A DNA stretch of 64,000 nt from Octopus sinensis (taxonomy: Eukaryota): positions 2,976,001 through 3,040,000 of the forward strand of contig NC_043015.1 of NCBI RefSeq assembly GCF_006345805.1, written 5' to 3'. The notes beneath the pieces were generated by a model. It saw only the letters and a list, made by a program, of their open reading frames with translations. It was not told the DNA's origin and ran no database searches. The position numbers and the translations under genes were made by a program. Below, in pieces: positions 13,931 to 28,242 of the stretch (position 1 is the stretch's first letter; the number at the start of each line of letters is the position of its first letter).

Positions 13931-14657
13931 TTCTATTCTTGGCAGAAGGCTCGAAAAATTTGGAGAGGGGGCAGGTCGATTAGCTCGACCCCAGTATACA
14001 ACTGGTAGTTAATTTATCGACCCCAGAAAGATGAAAGACAAACTCGATCTTGGTGGAATTAAATTAAAAATGTATATTGTCTAATCTAGGCAAAAGGTCT
14101 GACATTTTTGGAGAGAAGGCCAGTCGATTAGATCGACCCTAGTATGCAACCGGTACTTAGTCGATCGATCTCGAAAGTATAAAAGGCATAGTCGGCTTCG
14201 GTGGAATTTAAACTGAGAATGTAAATACTGACAAAATAACTATTTCTTTATTACCCACAGGGGGATAAACACAGAGAGGACAAACACTGAGAGACAAACG
14301 GGTCGAATCGATTATATCGACCCCAGTGCGAAACTGGCACTTATTTAATCGACCCCGAAAGGGTGAAAGGCAAAGTCGACCTCGGCGGAGTTTGAACTCA
14401 CAACGTAACGACTGACAAAATACCTATTTCTTTATTACCCACAAGGGGCTAAACACAGAGGGGGACAAACAAGGACATGCATAGGTATTAAGTCAATTAC
14501 ATCGACCCCAGTACGTAACTGGTACCCTAATTTATCGACCCCAAAAGGATGAAAGGCAAAGTCGACCTCGGCGGAATTTGAACTCACAACGTAACGGCAG
14601 ACGAAATACCGCAATGCATTTCGTCCGGCGCGCTAACGTTTCTGCCAGCTCGCCGCC
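13931..14657 (-). mobile_element. SINE family 3 tandem array (4 units)
   Basis: Head GGCGGCGAGCTGGCAGAAACGTTAGC at 14657, then repeated cores GAGGTCGACTTTGCCTTTCATCCTT...GGGGTCGATAAAT...ACCAG with two different tail types. Confidence 0.85.
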
Positions 14658-15610
14658 TTTACGCACATATATATTGACATACGCACACGCAAGCTACTTC
14701 CACTTATCCATGCTCTCACAAAGTAAATCCGCTACTCTTGAAAACATTTACCTTTGGCTTCCTTCTGAACGACCCCAACAGAAGTGCAGCCTTTTCTGGT
14801 TTCTATTATAGTGGATGTGGTGATTTTTCTCCGTTTAACTGATTATGCGTTTCTCTCTTTCATGTAACTATGGACTACATTTTGACACGATCATTCACTT
14901 TTCCTATCCACTAAAGATTTAAATAAAATGTGGTTAATATACGTACTTCGATTCTTACATGTTATTATATTATTTACAGTGAGGAAGTCCGTCCATGAAG
15001 GAAGTAAACGATATCACATCAGCTCTTGGAAGGTAGTAATATGTATCTTAGTGCCTCGTGACAGACTGAAGGCAAGTTTATTATGCTCAAGGGTAGAAAT
15101 TCGGTCGTGGTTTTCATACATGAAATGGACCTGGAGGTCACGAGGTTAGTCGAAAAATATAAGAACCGAATCCTACCCTCTATATAAAAATATGGAGGAG
15201 TAAACTCTTGAGCGCGTACCATCCATCCCAAAGAAATAACTTTCTGTGCCTGATAAAGTGTGACGTAGATCTGAACCAGCTTTCTAACGAATTCGGCAAT
15301 AAAACCAATTCTATAATATAAACTGCGACCACCAGAATACAATTGAACTCCAGTCTTCTTTTTCATGTTAATAAATATTACTTTCTAGAAGAACGAATTT
15401 CATACGAGGACAAAGAGGCCCCCCCACTCCAGTGGTGGGTATGCTAATTTAGCCATAACAGAGACACTAACAAATGCTACTATTCTGGGTATGGACAGAT
15501 ATGGTAGATCTAGTGACAAGGACAAATCTCCGTACTTCTCAAAACCCTGTCAAAGGAATTATTCAGGACATACAAACATAGACATACACACGTACACGTA
15601 AAAATATATG

Positions 15611-15692
<82 letters not shown>

Positions 15693-17465
15693 AATAGGCA
15701 TATACAAAAATATCTGCTCGAATATTTATACGTATGAATGCATGCTAGTATATGTGCGTCTAACATTAAAAATCATTTTCAAAACAAATTTTATCTGGAA
15801 AATTTCATTCTCGTTTCTCTATTGATATCATAAAATTAAAGCTAGCATTTTATTTTCTAGTTATCACGATTCTCATCCATTTCAGAATCTCATTCTGTAC
15901 AAACCAAAACAAAAGAATGAAGAGACGATCAATATTTTTTAATTAATATGAAATCTGTATTTATTTATTTATATTTTTTTGCTAATAATTTCAAATGAAT
16001 TCTAGTCAGAATGAATTAAAATATCTGTAATCTTATGATCATGATATTGAAGGAGAAATAATGTGTTAATATATGTAAAATTCATATTTTGACTGTTGCC
16101 TGATTTGAGAATAATACAGAATTATAACCATGTATATTAATTTAAAAAATCAGCAAATTAATCTATATTTACAGAATATTTTTGGATTTTATCACATTAA
16201 TGAATATATTATATTATAAAATTTCCAATTTTCGCTGAGTATATTATTATACATTTTGAAAACACATTGTACATCTTGTTACATTATGTTATCTGATGAC
16301 ATCTTACATTGGGAATATTATGTTATATAATTTCGTTTATTATTAGATTATATATTCACCGTCAGAGAACGTCTTTTTCTATATAATGTTTCATTGCATG
16401 AAACTATATGGCTTACTGAAAATTTATTTCGTTATTAATGTTCTATCACATTCAGAGATAGCTTTTTATATTCTATTGTTTATACATTCATTAAATAGCT
16501 CTTAAAATGTTAGTTACAATGGGACATAAGAAATATTAGGTGTAGTGTTTTCGTAAATCCCAATAATAATTAAAACAATATCACATTTATAAGAATGTAA
16601 ATTATATCTACACACTGCTGAAATTAAACTGAAGGTATGTTAAATGCGTGTTGCCTTTTTAACAACTTGTTGACAGTGATATATATTCTATAACAAGTGA
16701 AATTTTTCACACAATAGACACAAAAATTAATTTTTGAATTAAACCGTTATGCATTATTTTTGAAAATATCTATAAAAAAATGGTATAGAAAATAATATGC
16801 AATGTAAAACCGTTATATCGCTTATTGATTTATAAAACTTCTGCTGGAAAACGCATTCAAATTAAAGTTGCTTCCATATACATACATTTTCTATTGTAAT
16901 GTTTCAGTTACGTTTTTCTACGTCTTTTTAACCAATGTCGCAATGCAATTCCAAACGTTCATATCACTATGCAATCCAGAATGAATGTTTCGTTTTGCAA
17001 CAGAGAATGTGCTAATTTCCGTTAAAATATTTTACATCAATGCACAAATGCATTTTATTTCATACAGAAATAAAGGTTTAGAGAAAGTCAAGTTATTTTC
17101 ATGCTTATTGGGAAAATAATAGGAAGGCAAGGACGATATTTTATCCCTATTTACTCACATGCTACCTCTTCACGTGTGCGGTGGTACAAGAAAAAGAGTG
17201 ATAGTAAATATTTTTTCTTACGTATAAGCATTAGCATAAAGTATCTAGGAATTTTTCGGAGACAAGGAGATACTTTTTGTGGGAGTGATCACCCACCCAC
17301 TAATCATCTCAATGTTTTACATGTAATATGGATTGCGGAAAATTTGGTGTGAAGAAGATATTGTCGGCAGCGGTTCAGAAAAAATATCGGAAGGTTTGTT
17401 GCCAATCATTTTTATGTGAGTTTTGTGTTTCATTGTTATGAAGAGATGTGTTATATTGGTAATGT

Positions 17466-17840
17466 GGAGGCGCAATAGCCCAGTGGTTAGGGCAGCGGAC
17501 TCGCGGTTTCGATTCCCAGACCGGGCGTTGTGAAGGTTTATTGAGCGAAAACACCTAAAAGTTCCACGAGGCTCCGGCAGGGGATGGTGGTGATCCCTGT
17601 TGTACTCTTTCACCACAACTTTCTCTCACTCGTACTTCCTGTTTCTGTTGTACCTGTATTTCAAACGGCCGGCCTTGTCACTCTCAGTGTCACGCTGAAT
17701 ATCCCCGAGAACTACGTTAAGGGTACACGTGTCTGTGGAGTGCTCAGCCACTTACACGTTAGTTTCACGAGCAGGCTGTTCCGTTGATTCGGATCAACCG
17801 GAACCCTCGTCGTCGTAACCGACGGAGTGCTTCCATCCAT
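17466..17840 (+). mobile_element. SINE family 2 (tRNA-derived), near full length
   Basis: A-box/B-box-like head GGAGGCGCAATAGCCCAGTGGTTAGGGCAGCGG...GGTTTCGATTCCC and 3' end CCCTCGTCGTCGTAACCGACGGAGTG; collinear with 28243-28622. Confidence 0.9.
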
Positions 17841-19826
17841 ATATTGGTAATCCATGTTCGAATGTGTAATTACGATTCAAAACTAGTGTCCCCTTGAATA
17901 AAGGGTTCCAATCTAATTCTCAACGAGATCGAAATAAGAGGCTATTTTAAAGAAGTAAAAACAAAGATCAAAGTAGTTCCGGAGGCATTGAGTAAGTGAT
18001 TTTAATAATGTACGTTGCATATTTTAGTGGCATGAGTCGGGGTTTATGATGATCCATAGTAAGAAACGCAGGATTTGCATAGGATACTGCGATGGTACTT
18101 TTAGTCTAAGCTCGGTGATGTAGCTACTCACTATCAATTGTATGTAAGTAGGATAACACTTAAAATATCGATTTCCGTTTGCTTAAGTGTTGAAATCTAA
18201 TTATTCATTTCTGAATAAACGGCCATATAATAGGAATTTAGGGAACGCTTAGCGTATTTAGTGTGAAATAAAATAAGGGTGATATTGTGTAAATGAAACT
18301 GTGACACTTTTAAAGATGAATAAATCAATATGTTGCTATAAATCCAATTCTAAATAAGGTGAGCTTGCATCCACTGTTTGTGCCATATATATAAAGTACA
18401 ATTCCGTGTCTCTGTATATTCTACAGCGCATTATAGTTTAAAAGTGTGCCCAATTCTTAATCAAAAGCAAAGACATGTTATTCTTAACTGATCGGACAAA
18501 TATAATACATTTTAAAGTGATAAGTTGTAAGCCATAGTGGATAAAATTTAGAATAAGAACTGGATGCAGAAGAAACCTTGAATGAATGTTACAATATGGA
18601 TTGAACATTAACTGAAATACTTTTCTGTTCGTAACAAAGGGAATTTTAGAGTTAACAAATGACGGACACTTATTGATCAATTAAAGACGGTGAGAGAAAT
18701 CCTATAATTATTATTAGATTTATGGAGATGGGTATAACGAAAACTCCAAATTTTTACTATACTTTCGTGAAGTTGTGAGGCAAAAAATGTAGACAAGTTG
18801 TGGGAGATTAAATCTTGTGCAAAGGGAACATGTCTCTGATTAAGGCTTGTACAAGATGTTGGCGGATTCCTGTTCAAGAGATTCTTTTTTATATGGATGC
18901 GTTTTTCACACTCCAGTTGATATTCCTCTAAATCAACACAGCTTGTCATTTTATATGAGTAATAGAAGAAAAGAAAATATTACATGATATGAAACACAAA
19001 TAAACAAATTTCAGATAAATATAACATAACGCATTCTAAAGTCGTATGAGACAAAATCGTGTATAATGGTCTTGTTATATTGGCAAGATCTCAGTCGGAT
19101 AAGGAGGCCTGTCCACATATCAAACGTCGGAAAAAGTAATTTGCTTTCAAGCATGAATTTCACTCTTCAATCTATTAGTTTTTCAGTATAAAGCCAGCCA
19201 ATGAAATACACACTGACAAAAATATAAACAATTCTAAACTGACAAACTTTACAAGTAAGCGAAATACATAGTCTTAGATGGAAATCATAAAAAGTGAAAA
19301 CTATACATTCACAATTATCTTATAGTCGACATATTCCTTAAGTGACAAAATGTGCCAGAGCGTTTGATCGTAAATATTTTTTCTGTTCATTAGAATTTGG
19401 ATGACTGCGCGCGTTCAACGTTTAAAGGAAGATAATGAAACACTACAACATCCTCCATAAGTGAATGTGTGTGTGTGCGTGTGTGCATGTGCTTGAATGT
19501 TTGGCATCACATGGCATATGATTGTATATAATATATAAATTATATTATATATATATATATATTATATATATATATATATAGATAGATAGATAGATAGATG
19601 CACTAACACACACACCCTCACGTAACAATACTTCAAGCCAGTGCCCCATACAGCCTTATAGAATTTTTAGTAGAATAAACCGAACGTACTGCTTTCACTA
19701 TCAATCGCGGTTTCTGTTGGTCGCTTTCAAGCCCTGCTATATTATGATGTGGTGGGGAACATACGCAGACAAATGCAGCTACACTCGCGCGCAAACAAAT
19801 ATGTGTGTGTTGCATACGCACATGTA

Positions 19827-19878
<52 letters not shown>

Positions 19879-19884
19879 TAATCG

Positions 19885-20033
19885 AAACATGAAACACAAG
19901 AGAAAACACAACAACGCGACGACGTGCAACAAATATAGTATTATTGGACGCTCAGAACGAAAGAAGGAGGGTTTAACGTTTCGAGTGGAGCTCTTCGTTG
20001 GAAATATAGGAGACGGAAAGATCCAGAGAAGGG

Positions 20034-20037
<4 letters not shown>
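19885..20037 (-). mobile_element. PLE-type terminal repeat with mutated hammerhead core
   Basis: Homologous to 39760-39930. The core reads CCAACGA-A-GAGCTCCACTC-GAAACGTT, so CUGANGA is broken. Confidence 0.7.
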
Positions 20038-20078
<41 letters not shown>

Positions 20079-20651
20079 TATATATATATATATATATATA
20101 TTAATATATATATATATTATATAAATATATATATCATTAATCTTCTTGTTCGCAGTTATTATTATTTGAAACATTTAAAGCCATACGGCTTTTACGGCTG
20201 TTTCTGCGGTATCCGAAAATAGGGTATAATCCGTCGTTGCTGACAAATTGGGAAGATGTGAAGTATGTAGATTAAGGTGAAGAAGCGGTGAAGAAATGGT
20301 TGTAGAAAAAAAGAATTAAAGAAATGAAGAAAAAAGAAGTATAAAAGTCTACAGTTCAAATTCCGTTAGTTTATATGCTAGAACATAATACTTTAGGTAC
20401 AATCCAGGTATGATATAACGTTCATAGTGTAAATATGCAAGGACAGGCGTGAACATATCGATGGTTCGCAAGAGAATAATAGCAGAAGTGGCTATTGTAG
20501 GAAAGAAAAAATAATGAGAAAGAGTGAGAGGTATTTGTAGGGAAGTTGGAGGTACAGACAGAAGGGGAATTGTTAAGGATTGGCATGACGTAAAATTAAG
20601 GAATAAAACAATATAATGTACGCAACTAAAGAGGAATATAAATGCATGAAT

Positions 20652-20759
20652 ATGCTTAGTTCGTCAGTACATATACTAAAATTGGAACGATACAGCGAAG
20701 ATTAGCATGGCCCCTGCACAAGGATGACACGCAAATTCGTGAAGCGTTCCATATTTTTT
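20652..20759 (+). pseudogene. RNU6: U6 snRNA retrocopy (full length, mutated)
   Basis: Near-identical to metazoan U6 (CATATACTAAAATTGGAACGATACAG...ATTAGCATGGCCCCTG...GATGACACGCAAATTCGTGAAGCGTTCCATATTTTT). The ACAGAGA box reads ACAGCGA, the 5' stem is altered, and the nearest TATA-like motif is at about -15 rather than -30. Confidence 0.92.
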
Positions 20760-20760
20760 A

Positions 20761-20823
20761 CAGCAGTGGTGCCCCAGCATGGCTGCGGCCTTCAGGCTAA
20801 AGAATTTCTAAGGATTTAAGGAT
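20761..20823 (+). mobile_element. Retroelement 3' tail fused to the U6 copy
   Basis: CAGCAGTGGTGCCCCAGCATGGCTGCGGCCTTCAGGCTAAAGAATTTCTAAGGATTTAAGGAT matches the reverse complement of 38741-38800. Confidence 0.8.
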
Positions 20824-21297
20824 ACAAGTGTAAATAGGGAGAGTGGAGGGGGTAAATGAATATAACGTAAAAACTAGAAATTAAGTAAAATAAAATGAAA
20901 GCGATTCAAAGAGCGTTAATGCAACCGAAATATTGATACTAGAATTAATACTATCGGAAATTTGAACTGTGAACTTGTATGCTTCTTTCTTCATTTCTTT
21001 CCTTTTTTCTCTTCTTTTATTTCATCGTTTCAGTCATTTATATCCTTCACATTTTCCCTTTTGTCTTCGATAACGGGATATCACATATGTTAGACATCCC
21101 AGAAACAATTGTTGAACTTGAATTTTTCTAATAACAATAAATATATCACTTGAGATGTTTCTTTTTCTTTAGCGTATCTTGTCCTCTCTCTCACACACAC
21201 AAACTCACACGCACGTACACACACATATACACATATGTAAGTAAAAATAAGTAAAATAGCTTCTTGTAAAAACCTCAAGAATTATTAACTATACTGA

Positions 21298-21490
21298 ACA
21301 GCCAAGTCAGTCTACACACCAAAAAGGCTGTTTCATCCGAGGCAAAGTCACCACCAGCCGGTTATCGGTTCGGCATGCTGCACACTTTATAAACGCCGCA
21401 TTGCCAGCAGAGTGGCGGAGCACCTACCAACATCTAGCAAGTAGCAACACCGCAAGACCGACCCAGTTTCGAGCTATTTAGTTTATCCCT
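21298..21490 (+). mobile_element. Possible decayed PLE GIY-YIG fragment
   Basis: GC-richer island translating to SVY...VIG...RRIASRVAEHLP, similar to the YIGxTxRxLxxRIxEH motif. Confidence 0.3.
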
Positions 21491-21965
21491 AGACGCGAGT
21501 AACTGCATACCATATATATTAAGTGGAGAGTATCATCGCTGTATTGGGTGCATTATCATAATTTGGCGATATATTTTATAAACGGCCGTAGGAATGGATT
21601 CCGAATGACTTTTCTTTCTTTTTGCCTTATATTCTAATATTATTTAAAATTAATTCTTTTAAATAATCCGGCCCATTTATATAACATTACAATGTACATT
21701 TTCTCCACATGATGCAATGAAAGTCAGAGAAATTGTAAAGCAAATAACTTTTTTACTACTGTCATTTCTCCTTTGTTTTTCTCCCTCTATGACGGTATGA
21801 CTGATAAGTTGATATTTTTTTCTTGTCGATCATTACTAACACAAATGAACATTGTATACTGGTATATATGTAAACATTTCGTATATATGTAAACACATTT
21901 ATTTGGAACAATTACAATTTTTTTCAAGTTTAGGTGCATTTTCAAAACCAATAAATATATATATG

Positions 21966-22260
21966 AGTTTGTGGAGCGAAAACACCTAAATATCCAGGAG
22001 GGTCCGGCAGGGTGTGGTGGCGAACACTGTTGCACTCTTTCACCACAACCTTCTCTTACACTTTCTTCCTATTTCTCTTGTACCTGTATTTCAAAGGGCC
22101 AGAGTTGTCACTTTCCCTGTCACGCTGAATCTACCCCAGAACTACGTTAAGTGTACACGTGTCTGTGGACTGCTCAACCACTTACACGTTCATTTCACGA
22201 AATGGCTGTTGCGTTGACCGCATGAACTGGAATCTTCGTCGTCGTAACCAATGGAGTGGC
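21966..22260 (+). mobile_element. SINE family 2, 5'-truncated
   Basis: GAGCGAAAACACCTAAA...CTACGTTAAG...GTCGTCGTAACC collinear with 17540-17830. Confidence 0.85.
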
Positions 22261-22379
22261 ATGACTATTTATATATATATACATACACTCATCGGAGCAC
22301 TTCTAATTCTAGTCCGTTGTATATCTTGAGTGTTAAGGACACTCAAGATATAACTTTATATTTTGTAATTATATATATA

Positions 22380-22441
<62 letters not shown>

Positions 22442-22709
22442 TATATATATACATGTGTGTATGTATGTATGTATGTATATATGTATATATATATATGACA
22501 TTGGGTAATATTGTTCAACGGCCAGACGTTTTCATTAAGTTTTTATGTTCAATAATGTGATAATATGGGAATTTTATAAAGTTGTTTATTATATATGTTA
22601 GAATTTATGTTCTTCGTCTTGGTTTTACCTGAGCACCTCTACTACCAATCTTATATTTCTTTTTTCCGTTTCTATAGGAACAGTGAACTTTAAAAAGTTA
22701 TATTTAAAT

Positions 22710-22834
22710 GGCAGTGCCCCAGCACTGCCACAGGTCGTGAGCTGTAACTATATAAAAAATAATATATATATATATATGGCGGTGCCCCGGCATGGCCACA
22801 GCTCATAAGCTGAAACTAGAATCAATCAATCATC
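22710..22834 (+). mobile_element. Two tandem retroelement 3'-tail stubs
   Basis: GGCAGTGCCCCAGCACTGCCACAG... and GGCGGTGCCCCGGCATGGCCACAGCTCATAAGCTGAAACTAGA(ATCA)n, the second lying in (TA)n. Confidence 0.7.
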
Positions 22835-22870
<36 letters not shown>

Positions 22871-22914
22871 ATATATGTATGTATGTATATATATATATAT
22901 GTATATATATATAT

Positions 22915-23003
<89 letters not shown>

Positions 23004-23691
23004 TGTATATATATGTATGTGTGTGTGTCTGTGTATTATGCACTATGATTACATCAAAGTCAGTCGTTAGACAGCAGTCATGCTGGGTCAGCACCTTCGA
23101 AAACTATTAGTTGAATAGATTGACACAGGCATCTTTGTTTCTTTTTTGAAAGGCACGCACTTGTTGAAGAGACCACTTGTCTGTAATGACTGTAATGACA
23201 CACAATTCGTATAGTGGTATGAGTAAACACTGCTACAGCATCAGACATACACACACACACAACACACACACACACATACACACACACACACATACACACT
23301 CACACATATGTAAGGCTAGCTAGCTAGATTGGTAGATACATAGTTTCAAGAAGAGGAGCTAAAAATGCAGTCACTTACCTTACGAGAACTCTGTAAATGT
23401 CTAGAGAGAGCTAATCATATGAATCATTAGGAAATATTTAGAAACATATAAAATAAAATTCTATATGATTCTAAATTATACTCCTTACACACAAGCACAT
23501 TCACATGTACAATCGGACACACCGACACATGAACACACCCGCATGCACACCTGCACACATACACAACGATAGCCAAATGTATATTCACAGATAGACGCAC
23601 ACACACACTCATACATACACATATATACACATAAATATATGCATATATATGTATGTATGTATATATAGATATACACACAGAAATATATGCC

Positions 23692-23748
<57 letters not shown>

Positions 23749-23803
23749 TATATATATATATAGGTGAGAAAGTTGGTGTGTGAAAGCACGTGGTTGAATA
23801 TAT

Positions 23804-24277
23804 AGAAAATAGTAAAAAGTGAAAAACTACAGAAGGCTTGTTTTAAAAGGTTAAAAATATATATATTTGAGTCATTACGTCTGAAGAATGTTATAAATTG
23901 TTTTCATACAATGACATAGTTTTTGAATAAATGACCGGTTTCGCGTTCAGATTTTCAAATTTCTTACATCGTTATGTTTACGTTGAGAAGTTTGAAAAAG
24001 AGTTCCAGGTAAGGGGAGGTAATAAGTGGTTTCTTCCGGTGTAAGGGAGATAATCGATTAATATTTCTTACCTGGAACTCTTCTTCACACTTCTCAACGT
24101 AAACATAACGATGTAAGAAATTTAAAAAGCTGAACGCGAAACCGGTCATTTCTTCAAAAACTATGTCAGTGTATGGAAAAAAATTTATAACATTCTTCAG
24201 ACATAAAGACACAAATATATATTTTTTAACCTTTTAAAACAAGCCTTCTGTAGTTTTTTCACTTTTTACTATTTTCT
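23804..24277. repeat. Fold-back inverted repeat, ~210 bp arms and 53 bp spacer
   Basis: Arms mirror from AGAAAATAGTAAAAAGTG to CACTTTTTACTATTTTCT; each contains GAAACCGGTC pointing outward. Confidence 0.9.
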
Positions 24278-26052
24278 AAACATATATATATATTTATATA
24301 TATAGCATTTTCAGATTTATGATTATCGAAATATTATGTTGATAACGGAAATGAATCTAATAATTCTAATCTAGAAACGCATGCATAATTAATGGAAGAC
24401 TGTTTGATTTCATTATTTTTATGTGTGGAGTCATACTTCTGTAGAAAAAAGAAATACCAGTCATTTGGCTGCGATTTCTAAAATTTCCAGTATGTGGTCA
24501 AACAACTTGTTGCTAAAATCTTATTGTTATAATTATATATAAGAAAAACATCTTGCATAAGTTTTTACCGAATATGGTTCTATTCCATATCAAAAAACTA
24601 CTTGGTGAAATTTGTTAATTTTATCACATTAATAATATTTTCTCCCTATATCTGTAATGATTATATATATATATATATATATATAAATACATATATATAT
24701 AACTGAAAACTGAAAAGCTCCCATGAAAAAGAGAGATGAGACAAAGGAACCTGACTTATAGAAAATATAAAATGAAACTCTTAAGCTTCTTTTAGTACGC
24801 CAAAATAATTCTTCGTTGCATTGCGTCACGGGAAGCCCGAGAAGGACAGGAAACACTGAAGCAATAAGTCAACGTGTTTTTACCCAACAGTTATGCATGT
24901 TAGCACACGCATGATTTCTCTGCCATTCCCGATGTACAGGCGGTGACAATAACAAGTGATAACCTCACCATCAAAGTCTATTTACGCCCTTGAATGGAGA
25001 AGCTACTAGTAGATAATATATCTAGATTATACTCAGAATATTCTTCTGAGGATTAGATTCATCAGTTGAATCTAATCCTAAAAGCAAATTCGCCCAAATA
25101 ATGCGATTAAAAAATATATATTGTGTTTCACTTTAAGCTTCCACACCGCAGATTGGTTTCAACTTCAGAAAAAGTTCTTAACGTCATTTCGTCCGTCGAT
25201 TTGTTCTGATGTCATATTCCACCGAGATTAGCATTGTGTTTGTTCATGCCGGTGTCAATAAAATAAGTAACAGTTGAAAACAGGGGTGCATGTAATTGAC
25301 TCAGACCCTTCCCAGAATGTACTGGCATTGAACCTAATTTTGTAACCAAAATTCTGTTTCATCTGAAGAAAAAAGAAATAAAGGTTGACGGCTATGATAC
25401 CACATAAATGCAACTAAAATTATCGCTAAAATAGCGGAGTTCTTTGTAGACTTACAATCTAATTCACTAAATATATTATGATGTAATACTTGATATGGTG
25501 TCAATGATAAATAGGATAATAAAACTACCAACACTAGCTGAGCAGAAAATTGACCGATAAAATACGTATAGTTAACGGCTACATCTTGGTCTATAGCAAT
25601 ATCGGTTTAATTTAGAATCTATAATTACTTGTCAAATTTCTTTAGGAGCAGCCGTTAAGTTGCATCTCACTAATAGGTGTGTGCGTTGAAGTGGATATCT
25701 GTATCTGTACATAGCTCTGGCGGTCTCCCTGTGTGTGTGTGTGCACATGTATATACTTTATATGTGTGTGTGTGTGTGTGTGCATATGTATATACTTTAT
25801 TAAAAAGCAGGAAACATATCACATAACGTCTTACTCAGAGTTTCACGTTCCCGTTCGTCGAAAATTTTGAATAGAATGGAACTCTATATGAATATATATG
25901 TATGTATGATTAACTTAATTTCTCTATCTGTGGGTATCGGGAAATCCCAGAATATTGTTGCTTTTTCATTTAATGTGACATTTTCTGGAGTGTGGCTATA
26001 CCATCTTTTATATATGTTTATATATATAATATATATATATATATATAATATA

Positions 26053-26095
<43 letters not shown>

Positions 26096-26360
26096 GTGTG
26101 TGTGTGTGTGTGTGTGTGTGTACGTGTGTAGAAGGTTAAAGAAGAAAACACATGTTGATATGTATAAGGAAAATAAGTCAAGGTAGAAAATGCTAAAATA
26201 TCTTTATAAAAGCACGAAAACATTTTAGTACCGGTTTCGCTCATTCAGACTTTTTCAGCTCTAAGCATGGAAAGCAATTAAATTTGGGAAAAAGTAAATG
26301 AAAAGGGATTTAAAACAATATTTTCATAGTATTAACATACAAGGGACATTTTGTCGTTTC

Positions 26361-26409
26361 GAAGAAGAAGAAGAAGAAGAAGAAGAAGAAGAAGAAGAAG
26401 AAGAAGAAG

Positions 26410-26440
<31 letters not shown>
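26361..26440 (+). repeat. (GAA)n microsatellite
   Basis: Seen directly; source of the poly-F ORF 26310-26807. Confidence 0.95.
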
Positions 26441-26441
<1 letters not shown>

Positions 26442-27583
26442 GAAGTAAAGAAATTGTAAAAAATCCGGGTTTCTATGATAGTAGTAGGATGTTAAATGAT
26501 CAAGCGCTCTGAATCGTGGTTTGATAGTAGTGATTGTATTCTTAAGGTATCTCCTGTGAATGTATTTGTTTAATATTTGCATGGGTACTATCCTAAGCAG
26601 CAGTAGTAGCAAAATAAAGAAGGATGTGGCGAAGAGGAAGTAGGGGAAGACGAAGGAGAAGAAGAGAAAAAATATTAAGAAGGTGATGTATGATAGTGGT
26701 ATGATAGTAGTATGTTGCCTGTAACCCTCCCCCAAAATTTCGGAATTGTGCCTAGAGTAGTAACGAATGTACGACAAAGTTTTGAGAGAGCGCATACAAA
26801 CACGCATCCGTCAATAATTACAGGGTTTTATACGAAAATTATGTGAAGACTGATGATAGTTGATGGAGATTTACATTGATAAAATGAGTGATGTTGTTGA
26901 TACCCTAGAGAAAAAAAACCCATCTATTTCATCCTACCAAATGGAAACACTACTCATCATGACCATTAAATTAAATACCCTTTCAAAACCCCAATTTAAG
27001 TATAATCTCAGTTTCATATCAAATATTTCCAAATCTGTGATGCATGTTCCCAAGCTAAGGCAATATAAATGATACAATAGACAGAAACAAACAAATAAAG
27101 AATGCCCTATTTTCCGAATAGATGTGAATTTTTAAAGAAGTGTGCTTCAACTCAGTTGGATGATACAAGTGTTTACAACGAAATACTTCCTAAAATATGA
27201 AATAAAACGAACTAAATTACCACTCATAAGTATCATTTTGCTGATCTGGGAGTAAATCACTTTTGTAACTTGTCTTAAGTTTGCCTTATATTCTAATTGC
27301 TAAGACACACGTTTTATTAGTTGTTTATACTTACAACGTCTAGAAAATCAACAAGTGTTTTAAATGCCTTTTCTTAATAGACTGGCATTGTAACATGAGT
27401 TTAAGGTTAGGCGTTAAAGCCGATGATGAGTTTTAAGGTATGAAGACAAAAATTTGAAATCACGGTACGGCTTCATTTGGTAGGGACTTATCTTCCTTTG
27501 TGAGCTATGAAATTATATTGCGTTGTGACTTTGCAGTTGATTTCATTCTTATCATACACGTGTCTGACCAGCACTTTCCAGGA

Positions 27584-27638
<55 letters not shown>

Positions 27639-27669
27639 TATATATATTATATATATATATATATATATA

Positions 27670-27876
27670 CAGTCGGGCTCAAAATTATTCTTACCTAGTT
27701 TTACTGGGTCCAATAACTTTCTTTAATAGTCAACGAGTCAATAGGGTGGCCTTTGTTTATATGGCTGCTTCTTGACAATTCTTGTACGTAGCCACAAGCT
27801 TCCTCCTGTAGGAAGCTGGTGCGCAAAAGCAAATCACAAATATGAACAAGGGTAGGAATAATTATGGAGACGGCTG
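27670..27876. mobile_element. Tc1/mariner-type MITE (207 bp)
   Basis: TA|CAGTCGGGCTCAAAATTATTCTTACC...GGTAGGAATAATTATGGAGACGGCTG|TA: imperfect ~26-bp TIRs and a TA target duplication. Confidence 0.75.
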
Positions 27877-28242
27877 TACGTATAATATATAATACATAAA
27901 AAGTGAGAGAGGAACCGAGATAGTGTCCAGAACTGATTGACACCAATTGATATCACTTGAATTATGAGTTTTGAAATTTACATATGGAAATATCGGAAGG
28001 TACTCACATGGTTTCAGGTCTCAATATGGGTAATTTAAAATATGTTGATACGCTTCACTCGAATATACACTGCAAAGTCACGTGTTTTGCAGACCTGTAT
28101 ATAACTTAGATAAATTAGATATATAATTCCGATATATAATTTGTATGTCTGCGCGCGCGTGTGTGTGTATATACATATATACATACATATATGAATACAG
28201 ACCCACACACAAACACACACACACACTCACATACACACATTC

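Noticed and set aside
13931-14657. CRISPR-like or satellite array
   Set aside because: The units are 150-230 bp SINE-derived sequences in eukaryotic DNA, with no unique spacers.
15019-15385. Exon candidates on either strand near ORF 15019-15366
   Set aside because: Several frames and splice sites are equally plausible and no protein family is recognisable.
17466-17530. tRNA gene
   Set aside because: It is the tRNA-like head of a multi-copy SINE and has no complete cloverleaf.
20652-20759. Functional U6 snRNA gene
   Set aside because: The ACAGAGA box is mutated, the 5' stem is disrupted, the TATA spacing is wrong and a retroelement tail is attached.
26225-26262. Hammerhead on the minus strand (CTGAAAA...GAAACCGGTA); similar relics near 5505-5545 and 45495-45530
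   Set aside because: The catalytic core and stems are broken; these are relics only and are not called as ribozymes.
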